Assembly: GCA_045118975.1 (NCBI GenBank) | Contig: JBGVCT010000009.1 | Coordinates: forward strand, 92,269-156,268 | Length of the DNA: 64,000 nucleotides | Reading direction: 5' to 3' | From: Bacilli bacterium | Lineage (GTDB): Bacteria > Bacillota_I > Bacilli_A > RFN20 > DUOF01 | Shown: positions 44,431 through 55,739 of the stretch, in pieces | Layout of the letters: every line of letters starts with the position of its first letter | How positions within the stretch are numbered: the stretch's first letter is position 1 | Translations under genes and position numbers: made by a program | Notes under the pieces: generated by a model | What the model was told of the DNA's origin: nothing | Seen by the model: the letters and a program-made list of their open reading frames with translations, nothing else | Databases searched by the model: none

Positions 44431-46181
44431 TTTAATATATGTATCTTATTAGGTCTTAGTCTTATTTGATTATAACTTTCACCATCAATAAGCGAAGTAT
44501 AGTCATCATATAAAACATAAGTATAAACATCACTAGAAACACTGGCAGCAAATAATATTTCCTCATCTTTATAAATTCTTTTGAAAATAATAATACCATC
44601 TTCAGCCTTGATTGCTTCCATTTTTCCCTTTTTAAACACTTCGTGTTTTCTTATATTACCAAGTAAAGTATACCATTCTAAAATTTCTTTATTTTCATTA
44701 CCCCATGGATAGCACTTTCTAGAAAAATCAGGTTCATCTTCCCTTATACCAGCTTCATCACCATAAAATACACTAGGAATTCCATAAAAACCAAATTGAA
44801 GTGCACTGATAATTTTCAATTTATCCATAACATGATTTCCCTCTTCTAAAATAGAGAGAATTCTTCTTGTATCATGACTATCAATTAAATTCATTAAGTT
44901 ATGTTTAACAAACTCAGGATAGTTATCTTGAATCATTTGGTAGACATAATAAAAATGATTAGCATTACCATGTAAAACAAAGTTCAAAAGAGCATCTTTT
45001 AAAGGATAGTTCATAACACTATTTAACTCATGCCCTAAAAAATATCCCCTTCTTTTTCCATAAGCAATCTTTGTAGAGGCATCCTCCCAAACTTCTCCAA
45101 TGATGAGAGCATTCTCTTTTACTTCTCTAATAGAATCACAAATTTTAGTTAAGTAATTATGTCCAATTTCATCCACAACATCTAATCTAAATCCAAGTAA
45201 TCCCATAGACATATACTCTTTTAATACATTAGCTGTAAATTCATGTAATTGCGGATTTTCTTGATTAACCGAAGGTAGAGTTTTAATCCCCCACCAACAA
45301 TCATATCCATCTGGCCAATCATAAAATTTAAACCAATCATAATACTTACTATCTTGACTATTATAGGCACCTACAACATCATATTTATTTTCCTTATTAA
45401 AATAAACACTGTCGCTTCCCATATGATTAAAAACACCATCTAAAATTATACCCATATTTCTAGATTTAGCTTCATCAATTAACTTTAAAAATGTCTCTTT
45501 TGTTCCAAACATTGGATCTATTTCTAAATAGTTACTAGTATCATATTTGTGATTACTTGGAGCAGTAAATATAGGGCAAAGATAAATAATAGTGACACCT
45601 AAACTTTTTAAGTAATCTAACTTTTCAATTACTCCATTTAAATCTCCACCAAAAACCTCATAATTTAGTTTTTCTCTATCGGTGGTGTTTTTAGTGATAA
45701 CTCCACCCCAATCTTCCCTATAAACAAACCCCTCTCTTATATTAGGCTTATCTGTAGTTTTATTAAATCTATCCACAAATATTTGATAGATAACCCCACC
45801 TAAATAATCATCTAGGTAGGGTATTTCTTTTTTCAAAACAGTAAGTGGAAATTCTTCATTATCACCAAGAACTCCTTGATAATCATTTCCCTTATTTACT
45901 TTAATTACATCCTCATCTTTATATATCTCAAAATGATACCAATATAAGCCAACATCCTCTAAAGTTATACTAGCTGTATATACATTATAATTAATCTCAT
46001 ATTCAGATAACAAACACTCTAAATAATGAACACATCCACTCTCTTCGTGTCTTAAAACAAGGGCAATTTTATCAATCACTAAATCTTGTTTTATTCTAAA
46101 AGAGAAGGTAATAGTATCCCCCTTTTTTAAAGGCCCTGAAGGAGACTTATCTTTTATTGGATTATATAAAATTTCTTCCAT
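44421..46181 (-). CDS. GH13 alpha-glucan hydrolase (neopullulanase/cyclomaltodextrinase-like)
   Basis: GH13 regions I-IV: GVFNHMG, GFRLDVVDE, IIGEVWED, NLIDSHD. The ATG at 46181 overlaps the glgP stop as TAATG. Confidence 0.85.
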   Translation of the reverse strand: MEEILYNPIKDKSPSGPLKKGDTITFSFRIKQDLVIDKIALVLRHEESGCVHYLECLLSEYEINYNVYTASITLEDVGLYWYHFEIYKDEDVIKVNKGNDYQGVLGDNEEFPLTVLKKEIPYLDDYLGGVIYQIFVDRFNKTTDKPNIREGFVYREDWGGVITKNTTDREKLNYEVFGGDLNGVIEKLDYLKSLGVTIIYLCPIFTAPSNHKYDTSNYLEIDPMFGTKETFLKLIDEAKSRNMGIILDGVFNHMGSDSVYFNKENKYDVVGAYNSQDSKYYDWFKFYDWPDGYDCWWGIKTLPSVNQENPQLHEFTANVLKEYMSMGLLGFRLDVVDEIGHNYLTKICDSIREVKENALIIGEVWEDASTKIAYGKRRGYFLGHELNSVMNYPLKDALLNFVLHGNANHFYYVYQMIQDNYPEFVKHNLMNLIDSHDTRRILSILEEGNHVMDKLKIISALQFGFYGIPSVFYGDEAGIREDEPDFSRKCYPWGNENKEILEWYTLLGNIRKHEVFKKGKMEAIKAEDGIIIFKRIYKDEEILFAASVSSDVYTYVLYDDYTSLIDGESYNQIRLRPNKIHILKKD

Positions 46182-48565
46182 TATAATTTCCAAACTTTCT
46201 CAGCATACTCTTTGATACTTCTATCACTTGAGAAGTAACCGTTTCTAGAAATACTCAAAAGAGTTTTTCTATACCATTCTTCTTCATTTCTATATGTTTG
46301 ATCCATTAAAGCATCAGCCCTAATATAATCACCAAAATCAGCCAAACACATATAGATATCTCTATGTGGAGTTTCTCCTAATAGATATTGAGAAATATCA
46401 TGGAATGATTCACCATTAAATCCTTTATCAAGATATGCTAAAACAGTTCTAATTCTCTCGTCGCTATTATAATAATCTAAAGGATTGTAACCATTATGGT
46501 CAATAATTTCTTTATCACCAACAGTTAATCCAAATGGGAATGAGTTATCAATACCACACTTTTCCATAATCTCTATATTAGCACCATCAATAGTATCAAT
46601 CATTAACGCTCCATTAAAGATTGCCTTCATATTACCAGTACCACTTGCCTCTTTACCAACAAGAGAAATTTGTTCACTTACATCAGTTGCAGGTGTTAAT
46701 AACTCCGATACTGAAACAGAGAAATTTTCTACAAATACAATCTTTAATTTCTTACTAGCAACTGGATCATTATCTAATTCTTTAGCAAGTTGAGAAACTA
46801 ATTTAATAATTCTCTTTGCCATATAATAACTACTAGCAGCTTTACCAGCAAATACAAATGTTTGTGGAGTCATATCCCATTCAGGATTTTTCTTTAACTC
46901 AGCATATAAATGAATAATTCTTAAAGCATTAAGTAATTGTCTTTTATATTCATGAATTCTCTTTGCTTGTACATCAATTCTTGCAAGTGGATTAATCTCT
47001 ATACCTTGTGCTTCTTTTAAATATGCAGCAAATCTCTTTTTATTTGCAATTTTTACTTCCTTAAGTTCATTTAAAGTCTCTTTATCTGCAGCAAACTTTT
47101 CAAGTTTCTTTAATTCATCAGCATTAGTTAAATAGCCATCACCAATTCTTTTTGTAATGAATTTATGAAGTTCTGGATTAGCATTAGCTACCCATTTTCT
47201 ATGTGATACACCATTAGTAACATTGATAAACTTATTTGGATATATCTCATAGAAGTCATTTAACAAGTCATCTTTTAATATGTCACTATGAATTTTACTA
47301 ACTCCATTTACACAGTTTGAAGCATATAAAGCAAGGCTTGTCATATAAACTTTACCCTTACTTAAAATAGACATTTGTTCAATCTTTTCATCATCTAAAC
47401 CATGCTCATATCTTAATTCTTTTCTAAATCTACGATCTATTTCTTTTATAATAATCGCTATTCTAGGCATATGTTTTTCGATTAACCACATAGGTTGAAC
47501 TTCCAAAGATTCGCTAAGAACTGTATGGTTAGTATAAGTAACCATTCTATTTACAATACTCCATGAAGTTTCCCAACTAAGATGATATTTATCTAATAAT
47601 ATTCTCATAAGTTCTACTACTGATAGTACTGGATGAGTATCATTTAAGTGAACTGAAACCCACTTAGGTAAACTAGTAATCTTATGTCCTTTTTCAATGT
47701 GATCATTTACAATATTTTGCATAGATGCACTACTTAGTAAATACTCTTGTTTTAATCTTAAAGCCTTACCATAGTCATTATCATCTGCAGGATATAAATA
47801 ATCATTAATTGCATTAACATCTTTTCTAATAGACTCTTGTAATCTAGTCTCATATTCATTTAAATCTTCTGTTTTTTCAGGAAGATAATTAGCTTTCCAA
47901 AGTCTTAATGGAGCATTACCTTCAAGCTTGTAACCAGTCATCATTAAATCATAAGGCACAGCCTCAACACAGATAGCATCTTTTGCACTATAATGATATA
48001 CACCAAAATAATCTACAAATTCTTCTACTTTACCATCAAAATAAACCTTAACAGCTTTATCTTTTTTCTCATCTAAGAAGAAATGTCCTCTAGATAACCA
48101 TTCATCAGCAAATTCTCTTTGCTCACCATTCACTAATTGTTGTTTAAATAAGCCATATCTATATAAAAGAGAATGACCCATAGCACTATAACCTAAAGTT
48201 GCTAAAGACTCTAAAAAGCAAGCAGCAAGTCTACCAAGGCCACCATTACCAAGGCCTGCATCATTTTCCATCTTTATAATCTCAGTTACGCTTGTACCAT
48301 GCTTCTTTAAAATCTTATCAGCCTTTTCAAGCCACTCCATATTAAATAAGTTATTTTCTAAACAGTTACCAATTAAGAACTCAATAGAAATATAATTAAT
48401 AGTTTTCTTATCTGTATTTTTACTAAGTGTTTCATCAGATTTTCTTACCACTTCTTCTTGCACTAAAGCAGCTAAACTATCATGGATTTGCTCTTTACTA
48501 GCACTATCTAAATCCACATTGAAATCTTTTTTTAATCTTGCATTTAAAGTTTGTTCACTTAACAT
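46181..48565 (-). CDS. glgP: Glycogen/maltodextrin phosphorylase
   Basis: 794 aa, with the EASGTGNMK pyridoxal-phosphate site. Confidence 0.95.
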   Translation of the reverse strand: MLSEQTLNARLKKDFNVDLDSASKEQIHDSLAALVQEEVVRKSDETLSKNTDKKTINYISIEFLIGNCLENNLFNMEWLEKADKILKKHGTSVTEIIKMENDAGLGNGGLGRLAACFLESLATLGYSAMGHSLLYRYGLFKQQLVNGEQREFADEWLSRGHFFLDEKKDKAVKVYFDGKVEEFVDYFGVYHYSAKDAICVEAVPYDLMMTGYKLEGNAPLRLWKANYLPEKTEDLNEYETRLQESIRKDVNAINDYLYPADDNDYGKALRLKQEYLLSSASMQNIVNDHIEKGHKITSLPKWVSVHLNDTHPVLSVVELMRILLDKYHLSWETSWSIVNRMVTYTNHTVLSESLEVQPMWLIEKHMPRIAIIIKEIDRRFRKELRYEHGLDDEKIEQMSILSKGKVYMTSLALYASNCVNGVSKIHSDILKDDLLNDFYEIYPNKFINVTNGVSHRKWVANANPELHKFITKRIGDGYLTNADELKKLEKFAADKETLNELKEVKIANKKRFAAYLKEAQGIEINPLARIDVQAKRIHEYKRQLLNALRIIHLYAELKKNPEWDMTPQTFVFAGKAASSYYMAKRIIKLVSQLAKELDNDPVASKKLKIVFVENFSVSVSELLTPATDVSEQISLVGKEASGTGNMKAIFNGALMIDTIDGANIEIMEKCGIDNSFPFGLTVGDKEIIDHNGYNPLDYYNSDERIRTVLAYLDKGFNGESFHDISQYLLGETPHRDIYMCLADFGDYIRADALMDQTYRNEEEWYRKTLLSISRNGYFSSDRSIKEYAEKVWKL

Positions 48566-48576
48566 CTATTATCCTC

Positions 48577-50034
48577 CTATATCTCTTTATAAACTTTTAC
48601 ATAATTGTTCATAGATCTTCTCCAAGAGAAATCCACACTCATAACTGTCTTTACTTTATTTTCCCACTCTTTTGTATTGTTATAATCTTCAATAGCTCTT
48701 CTTACAGAATATTCAAAATCCTTACTACTAACACTACTAAATGTATAACCATTACCACCTTGGTTACAGCCAAAGTCTTTTATAGTATCCTTTAATCCAC
48801 CAACTTCTCTAACTACAGGAACAGTACCATATCTACTAGCAATCATTTGTGAAATTCCACATGGTTCACTTATTGATGGCATAAGATAAATATCACTACC
48901 TGCATATATCTTTTTACCTATTTCAGTTGAGAATCCTAATGAAACTTTAACTTTACTAGGATACTTATTACTCAAATACTTAAAGTAATCTTCATATTCT
49001 CTTTCGCCTTCACCAACTGCCACAAATTGTGCATCAGTTGTAGCTATAATTCTTTCTAAAGTATCTTTAACCATATCTAATCCCTTAGCTTTAACTAATC
49101 TAGATACAATAGATAAGATTGGCTTGTTTGGATTTACTTCTAATCCAAAGTACTTTTGTAATTCTTCTTTATTTTTATGCTTGTTTTCTAAACTATCAAC
49201 ATCATAGTTATGCCATATAAACTTATCAAGACTTGGGTTATCAATTACTTCATCAATTCCATTTACAATACCAGTTAACTTATATGATACATTTCTAGCT
49301 ATATCATCAAGCCCTGCACCACCTTCAAAAGTTTGAATCTCTTTTGAATAACTATCACTAACAGTAATAACTCTATCAGCACATAGCATACCAGCTTTTA
49401 TAAAATTAACATCATTTTGATGAAGAATTAGTCCTCTGTCTTTATCTCCAAATCCTAGGATATCTCCAAGTATTTCTTTTCCATATCTTCCTTGATATAA
49501 AATGTTATGAATAGTTAACACTGTCCTAATATCATAATATTTCTTATCATTCCAAGAATATGTCTTTAAATACACAGGAAGAAGAGCACTTTGCCAATCA
49601 TTAACATGAATAATATCCGGGAAGAAATCAATTATTGGTAGAACTTCCAAGATACTTCTTGAAAAGAAAGCAAATCTTTCAGCATCATCTGGATATCCAT
49701 AATAACCATCTCTTTTAAAATATTTTTCATTATCAATAAAATAATAAACTATATCATCTTCTTTGTATGTAAATACTCCACAATACTCGCTTCTCCAGGC
49801 AAGTTTGACATATAAACTTCCAAGATAAGTAAGCTTATTTCTATCTATATTAGTTCTTTGATATAAAGGCAATATTACTCTAATATCACAATCTGTATAA
49901 TCTTTCTTTAATGCCTTAGGTAAACTAGACATAACATCTGCTAATCCTCCAGTAGAACAAAATGGACGACATTCACTAGCTACATATAATATTGATTTAT
50001 TAAACGTAGTTTCTGTTGTTTTTTTCTTTTCCAT
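48577..50034 (-). CDS. glgA: Glycogen synthase (GT5)
   Basis: N-terminal SECRPFCSTGGLADV (KTGGL-type motif). 485 aa. Confidence 0.9.
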   Translation of the reverse strand: MEKKKTTETTFNKSILYVASECRPFCSTGGLADVMSSLPKALKKDYTDCDIRVILPLYQRTNIDRNKLTYLGSLYVKLAWRSEYCGVFTYKEDDIVYYFIDNEKYFKRDGYYGYPDDAERFAFFSRSILEVLPIIDFFPDIIHVNDWQSALLPVYLKTYSWNDKKYYDIRTVLTIHNILYQGRYGKEILGDILGFGDKDRGLILHQNDVNFIKAGMLCADRVITVSDSYSKEIQTFEGGAGLDDIARNVSYKLTGIVNGIDEVIDNPSLDKFIWHNYDVDSLENKHKNKEELQKYFGLEVNPNKPILSIVSRLVKAKGLDMVKDTLERIIATTDAQFVAVGEGEREYEDYFKYLSNKYPSKVKVSLGFSTEIGKKIYAGSDIYLMPSISEPCGISQMIASRYGTVPVVREVGGLKDTIKDFGCNQGGNGYTFSSVSSKDFEYSVRRAIEDYNNTKEWENKVKTVMSVDFSWRRSMNNYVKVYKEI

Positions 50035-50114
50035 AAAAACCCCACCTTTCGCTCACTTTATATTTTATATTAAAAATATAAAAAGGCCTATTCATTAGAC
50101 CTTTTTTATATAAA

Positions 50115-51974
50115 CTATTTAACTAAACGAATTAATAAGCCTTCATTAGCTCTTAAATCAATACTAATAGCATTTTCTTTGTTATGAATGCTTTCCTTTA
50201 TAGAACTATATAGCCTTGTTTCCACACCAACACCACCATATTTTTCTTCTAGACAATCAAAAACAAGTTCATACTTACCCTCATAGTTGACTCCAACCTT
50301 ATAATCTTTAATATCATTTGATGAAAAGTTAAATATACAAATAAGTTCTTCTCCTTTAGTATTCTTCCTTATAAAAGCAAATACATTATTAACTGTATCC
50401 ACATTAATCCATTCAAATCCATCCCAAGAAAAATCCTCTTGATATAGGCATTCTAAATCTCTATATACCCAGTTTAAATCCTTATTATATTCATGCATTT
50501 TAAGATGTTTTGAATATTCTAATAAACAAAAATCCAAACCAGTTTTATATGACCACTCTTTAAATTGAGCAAATTCTGTTCCCATAAATGTCAATTTCTT
50601 TCCTGGATGAGCAAACATATAAAGTAAGAATAGTCTCATAAGGTCAAACTTTTCCTCATATTCTCCAAACATCTTATTAAGAAGAGAATATTTCCCATGG
50701 ACTAATTCATCATGAGATATAGGCAATACATAGTTTTCACTAAATGCGTAATAGAAAGAAAATGTTAATTTTGCTGAATTAGTACTTCTAAAGAATGGAT
50801 CAAGTTTTACATACTCTAATGAATCATTCATCCAGCCAATATTCCACTTATAATTAAATCCAAGCCCTCCTTGTGCAACTGGCTTAGTTACAAGTGGCCA
50901 AGAAGTAGATTCTTCAGCAATCATCAAAGCACTAGGATACTCTTTTAAGATTGCTTCATTTAATTTCTTAAGAAATGCTATAGCTTCTAGATTTTTGTTT
51001 TCTCCATTAGTGTTTTCTTCCCATTCTCCATCTTTTCTATCATAGTCCAAATATAACATACTAGCAACCGCATCAACCCTTATTCCATCCACATGATAGA
51101 TATCAAAAAGCATCATTGCACTGCTAACTAAAAAGCTTTGTACTTCTTGTTTACCAAAATCAAAAACCCTAGTACCCCAGCCTTTATGCTCCATCCTCTT
51201 TGGATTAGCATCTTCATATAAATAACTACCATCAAATTCAATTAATCCAAATGAATCCTTAGCAAAATGCCCAGGAACCCAATCCATAATAACACCTATA
51301 TTATTCTTGTGACACTCATCAACAAAATCCATAAATTGATGTGGTGTACCAAATCTAGAAGTTATAGAGAAATATCCAGTTTGTTGATACCCCCAAGAAC
51401 CATCATATGGAAACTCATATAAAGGCATAAGTTCAATATGCGTATACCCCATTTTCTTTACATAAGGAATAAGTTCTTCTTTTAACACTTCATAAGAATA
51501 ATAGTTACCATCCGAGTGTCTTTTCCAACTAGCTAAATTAACTTCATAAACATTCATTGGACACTTAAGATGATTTCTCTTATCTCTAGATTTTAAATAT
51601 ATATCATCTTTCCATTCATATCCTGATAAATCATATACTTTAGAGGCATCCGCTCCATTAGTTTGACTATGAAAAGCATATGGATCAGCTTTCTTTATAA
51701 CCATATCATCTTTAGTTACTAATTCATATTTATAACAATCATAGATATTCACTTCATGTACTATAACTTCCCAAATTCCTTGACTAATTTTATTCATTAC
51801 ATTAGCATTAGCATCCCAATTATTAAAATCTCCAACTACACTTACTCTTTTTGCATTAGGAGCCCACACTCTAAAAACAAAAGTGCCCTCTGCTAATTTA
51901 TGACAACCCAAATGATTATAGCAATGGTAATATGTTCCCTGGTGAAATAAGTAATTTTTTTCACTGCTTTCCAT
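50115..51974 (-). CDS. glgB: 1,4-alpha-glucan branching enzyme
   Basis: 619 aa. GH13 motifs DWVPGHF, GIRVDAVASM and AEEST. Confidence 0.95.
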   Translation of the reverse strand: MESSEKNYLFHQGTYYHCYNHLGCHKLAEGTFVFRVWAPNAKRVSVVGDFNNWDANANVMNKISQGIWEVIVHEVNIYDCYKYELVTKDDMVIKKADPYAFHSQTNGADASKVYDLSGYEWKDDIYLKSRDKRNHLKCPMNVYEVNLASWKRHSDGNYYSYEVLKEELIPYVKKMGYTHIELMPLYEFPYDGSWGYQQTGYFSITSRFGTPHQFMDFVDECHKNNIGVIMDWVPGHFAKDSFGLIEFDGSYLYEDANPKRMEHKGWGTRVFDFGKQEVQSFLVSSAMMLFDIYHVDGIRVDAVASMLYLDYDRKDGEWEENTNGENKNLEAIAFLKKLNEAILKEYPSALMIAEESTSWPLVTKPVAQGGLGFNYKWNIGWMNDSLEYVKLDPFFRSTNSAKLTFSFYYAFSENYVLPISHDELVHGKYSLLNKMFGEYEEKFDLMRLFLLYMFAHPGKKLTFMGTEFAQFKEWSYKTGLDFCLLEYSKHLKMHEYNKDLNWVYRDLECLYQEDFSWDGFEWINVDTVNNVFAFIRKNTKGEELICIFNFSSNDIKDYKVGVNYEGKYELVFDCLEEKYGGVGVETRLYSSIKESIHNKENAISIDLRANEGLLIRLVK

Positions 51975-51978
51975 TTTA

Positions 51979-53409
51979 TTACCTCCTTGTCTTAATCACT
52001 AAGTTACTTAAAAAATCAGAAATATTTTCATTATATAAACTTCTAGGAGCATTATACATCCAGTTATTAACCATTGTTCCTGGAGCATTAAATCTGTGAT
52101 TTCCCCCTTGCAATAATAAATCTTGAGGGTTAATAATTACCACATCACCTATAGATTCATATAATCGTTCAATTGATGTATAAACTATATCCTTATTCAA
52201 ACTACTTTCAATTCCCAAATACTCTTTTACCTTAGCTTTATACTTTTTATCTTTTAACATAGAAACAAAAGTATCATTATCATGAGTACCAGTATAAACA
52301 ACACAATTCTCAATATAATTTTCAGGTAAAAATGGTGAATTTTCTTCTCCAAAAGCAAACTCAAATACCTTCATTCCAGGAAATCCACTATATTCTTTTA
52401 ATCTTATAACTCCATCACTAATGATACCCAAATCTTCTAAAATAAGATTAGTTAGATTATTTTCTTTTAATAAATCAATAAACTCATATCCAGGACCTGG
52501 AAGCCATTCTCCAACTTTACCATCTAACATACCAAAAGGAATTGCATAATAATATTCTAGCCCTCTAAAATGGTCTATTTTTAAATAATCATAAACTTTT
52601 AACATATATCTATATTTATCAAGAAGATACTTATATCCTCCTTCTTTAATAAGTGGATAATTATAGATTAAAGTATTCCAACATTGCCCCTCTTCACTAA
52701 AATAATCCGGAGGAACTCCAGCAACCTTTATCGGAGTTATATTTTCATCTACCAAATACATCTCTCTATCATAAAAAACCTCTACACTATCCATAGAGCT
52801 ATTACATGGAGAATCACCAATTATAAGTATTCCTTTTTCATTTACATATTCTTTTAATTTAAACCATTGTTTAAAGAAAATATATTGAGTAAATACATAA
52901 AATTCGATGATTTCTTTATGATTCTCTAAAAACTCTTTATAACGATCACTACCTATATTTTTAATAGCACTAGGAGTCTTAGATAGATAAGTATATTTTC
53001 TTTTAATAGCCATGAAATTTGCATATTCAATGGCCCAATTATTATCTTTTTTAAATTCTTCAATTTCCTTAGTATAATCAGTTCTTTTAAACCAAATATA
53101 CAAAAGTTCCATCTTAACTTTTTGATATTCTTCTCTAGTCATCTTGGCATTAAATCCATATTCAGACAATTCTTGTTTGTTAAAAAACTCTTCTAAATCT
53201 ATAAATAATGGATTACCTGAAAATACTCCTGGGGAAGAAAATGGTGAACCAAATTCATCACAATCATTAATTGGTAATATTTGCCAATATTTTTGTTTAC
53301 TCTTAACTAAAAAATCAACAAATTCATATGCCTCTTTTCCCAATGTTCCAAACCCACTTTTATTAGGTAAAGAAAATATGGGCATTAATATTCCTGCTCC
53401 TCTTTTCAT
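51979..53409 (-). CDS. malQ: 4-alpha-glucanotransferase (amylomaltase, GH77)
   Basis: 476 aa: MKRGAGILMPIFSLP..., ...LKIDHFRG..., ...GTHDNDT. Confidence 0.9.
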   Translation of the reverse strand: MKRGAGILMPIFSLPNKSGFGTLGKEAYEFVDFLVKSKQKYWQILPINDCDEFGSPFSSPGVFSGNPLFIDLEEFFNKQELSEYGFNAKMTREEYQKVKMELLYIWFKRTDYTKEIEEFKKDNNWAIEYANFMAIKRKYTYLSKTPSAIKNIGSDRYKEFLENHKEIIEFYVFTQYIFFKQWFKLKEYVNEKGILIIGDSPCNSSMDSVEVFYDREMYLVDENITPIKVAGVPPDYFSEEGQCWNTLIYNYPLIKEGGYKYLLDKYRYMLKVYDYLKIDHFRGLEYYYAIPFGMLDGKVGEWLPGPGYEFIDLLKENNLTNLILEDLGIISDGVIRLKEYSGFPGMKVFEFAFGEENSPFLPENYIENCVVYTGTHDNDTFVSMLKDKKYKAKVKEYLGIESSLNKDIVYTSIERLYESIGDVVIINPQDLLLQGGNHRFNAPGTMVNNWMYNAPRSLYNENISDFLSNLVIKTRR

Positions 53410-54356
53410 TAATTCACCTCTTTATAACTATTTATAAATGTTTCTTCAAAATTAGAACCCAAAGTAAGATTTCCTTTCTTTAAAGCTACTCTTACAGCCC
53501 CATATACAGTCTTTTTAGTAGTTATACTAATCTTATATGACTCTCCTAAATTTTGTTTTATTCTATCTACAATTTCCTTATTATGTTCAAATACGCCACC
53601 AAATAAGACTATATTTTTCTCACTTAAATCATCCATTTTACTTTTTATTACATTTGTTAAATGATCAACACGCTTATTTACAATATTTAAACAAACTCTA
53701 TCCTCTTGTCTATATCCTTGCATTACAAGTCTAGAAAAAGAAGCTACTTTAGTAATACCACCTTTATAAATGTCCGCCATAGAATACCATAAACTATGTC
53801 CTAACTCTTTTTTAAATAAGTCCACTAAAATAGTATTTTCTCCAACTTCATTTATAGCTCTAGAGGCATAAACCAAAGCATCTTTACCAAGATCATATCC
53901 TGATAAATAATCATCTGGCAAATATCCCCAACCACCAATATTAATTACTTCATTTTCCTTTTTTAAAGCCATATTAAATCCAGTCCCAGAAATAATAACT
54001 AATCCTGTATCTAAATCGCCTAAACCAAGCTCTACTACACTTGCTAAATCTCCATCTACATATAGTTCATTAAATTCTAAACTCGTAATAAGTTTATCTT
54101 TTAATACACTTAATGAATCGCCAAATTCAATTCCTGCAATTCCTAAAAACATTGATACTATTTCAATCTTTTTTTCATAGGCAAAATCCATGGCTTTTTT
54201 TAATCCTGCATTTAGATTATTAAAAGCCACATCCATACCTATATCATTTGGATTAGAGGGTCCTACTATATCTCTATACTCTACATTACCATCACTAGTA
54301 ACAACTAAAATTTCACTTTTAGTTCCTCCACCATCAACTGAAATAATACCCTTCAT
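53409..54356 (-). CDS. BadF/BadG/BcrA/BcrD-type ATPase-fold sugar kinase (N-acetylglucosamine/glucose kinase-like)
   Basis: N-terminal GIISVDGGGTKSE phosphate-1 motif and ISGTGF motif. Its stop overlaps the malQ ATG (TAATG). Confidence 0.7.
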   Translation of the reverse strand: MKGIISVDGGGTKSEILVVTSDGNVEYRDIVGPSNPNDIGMDVAFNNLNAGLKKAMDFAYEKKIEIVSMFLGIAGIEFGDSLSVLKDKLITSLEFNELYVDGDLASVVELGLGDLDTGLVIISGTGFNMALKKENEVINIGGWGYLPDDYLSGYDLGKDALVYASRAINEVGENTILVDLFKKELGHSLWYSMADIYKGGITKVASFSRLVMQGYRQEDRVCLNIVNKRVDHLTNVIKSKMDDLSEKNIVLFGGVFEHNKEIVDRIKQNLGESYKISITTKKTVYGAVRVALKKGNLTLGSNFEETFINSYKEVN

Positions 54357-54359
54357 AAA

Positions 54360-55739
54360 TTACTCCTTCACTTCACTTATATATTGTTTAACTTTAGTTA
54401 AAATCTCATCTTCAATTTTAGCTAAATACTCTTCATTATCAGCCTCTAAAATAATAGTTAAATTAGGTGAGGTATTAGAAAATCTAACAAGAGCCCAACC
54501 ATTTTCAAACTCCATTCTTACACCATCTAATTCAATTGTCTCATACCCTTTTTGATGAGCATATTCTCTCATTTTCTCTACTACTTCTCTTTTACCGTTT
54601 TCTCCAGCTTTCAATTCAAAAGCAGAATGAGCGTACTTATGAAGATTATCTAATAATTCTCCAACTTTGTATCCAGTATGAGTTAACATTTCCAAAAATC
54701 TAGCACCAGCATAAATTCCATCATCAAATCCTGGCCATTTATCTCTATAAAATACATGTCCTGAATATTCTCCACCAAAAGAGAAATCCCCACTCTTCAT
54801 CATCATATTCATATATGAGTTACCTGTTCTATTCATAACTGGATTAAGCCCTTCTTGCTTTAATCCCCCAATCAAACTTCTAGAACACTTAACATCAAAT
54901 AATACTTTTTTATCATTTAATCTATCTTTTAAGAATCTAGCCATGAAAAGAATATATAAATCAGCTTGCATATATTCTCCCTTTTCACTAACTATACCTA
55001 CTCTATCAGCATCACCATCTATACCAATACCTAAATCATATCCTAACTCTATTACTCTATTTTTAAGATCAGTTAGATTCTTTTCAACAGATGGGTCTGC
55101 ACTATGATTAGGGAATGTACCATCACTTGTACAATAAAGAAGATCATAAGTTACATTTAATCTATCAAGTATGTCTTTTATAATTAATGATCCTGCTCCA
55201 TTACCACAATCCACAACAACTTTAATATCATTGTGTTTTAAATCTATATTATTAATGAAATGATTCAAATAATCTTCTTTAATATTATATGTTTCTAATT
55301 TACCATTACCACTTTTATAAGTCTTATTTAAAGTGTATCTATAAAATTCTTGAATAAGTGGTCCATAAGCATTACCAAGTTCACTAAATGATAATTTAAA
55401 TCCATTATACTCTTTAGGATTATGGCTAGCGGTAACCATGATACCTGCATATAGCTTTAAGTACCATCTAGCAAAGTAAAACATTGGTGTAGTTACTTCC
55501 CCTAAATCTACTACACTACATCCTGTTTCTAATATACCTTTGATTAATGCTGTTGCTAAACTAGGTGAAGATACTCTATTATCTCTACCTATAACAACTT
55601 TATTAATTCCTAAATCTAAAACATAGCTACCATAATTTAATCCAAGTGTATAGGCAACATCTTCATCAATTATATCACCTACTACACCTCTTAAATCATA
55701 CTCCCTAAATAATACTGGACTTAAATCTACAACTTTCAT
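54360..55739 (-). CDS. Phosphomannomutase/phosphoglucomutase (alpha-D-phosphohexomutase)
   Basis: TASHNPKEYNGFK active-site loop and the GIDGDADR metal-binding loop. Confidence 0.9.
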   Translation of the reverse strand: MKVVDLSPVLFREYDLRGVVGDIIDEDVAYTLGLNYGSYVLDLGINKVVIGRDNRVSSPSLATALIKGILETGCSVVDLGEVTTPMFYFARWYLKLYAGIMVTASHNPKEYNGFKLSFSELGNAYGPLIQEFYRYTLNKTYKSGNGKLETYNIKEDYLNHFINNIDLKHNDIKVVVDCGNGAGSLIIKDILDRLNVTYDLLYCTSDGTFPNHSADPSVEKNLTDLKNRVIELGYDLGIGIDGDADRVGIVSEKGEYMQADLYILFMARFLKDRLNDKKVLFDVKCSRSLIGGLKQEGLNPVMNRTGNSYMNMMMKSGDFSFGGEYSGHVFYRDKWPGFDDGIYAGARFLEMLTHTGYKVGELLDNLHKYAHSAFELKAGENGKREVVEKMREYAHQKGYETIELDGVRMEFENGWALVRFSNTSPNLTIILEADNEEYLAKIEDEILTKVKQYISEVKE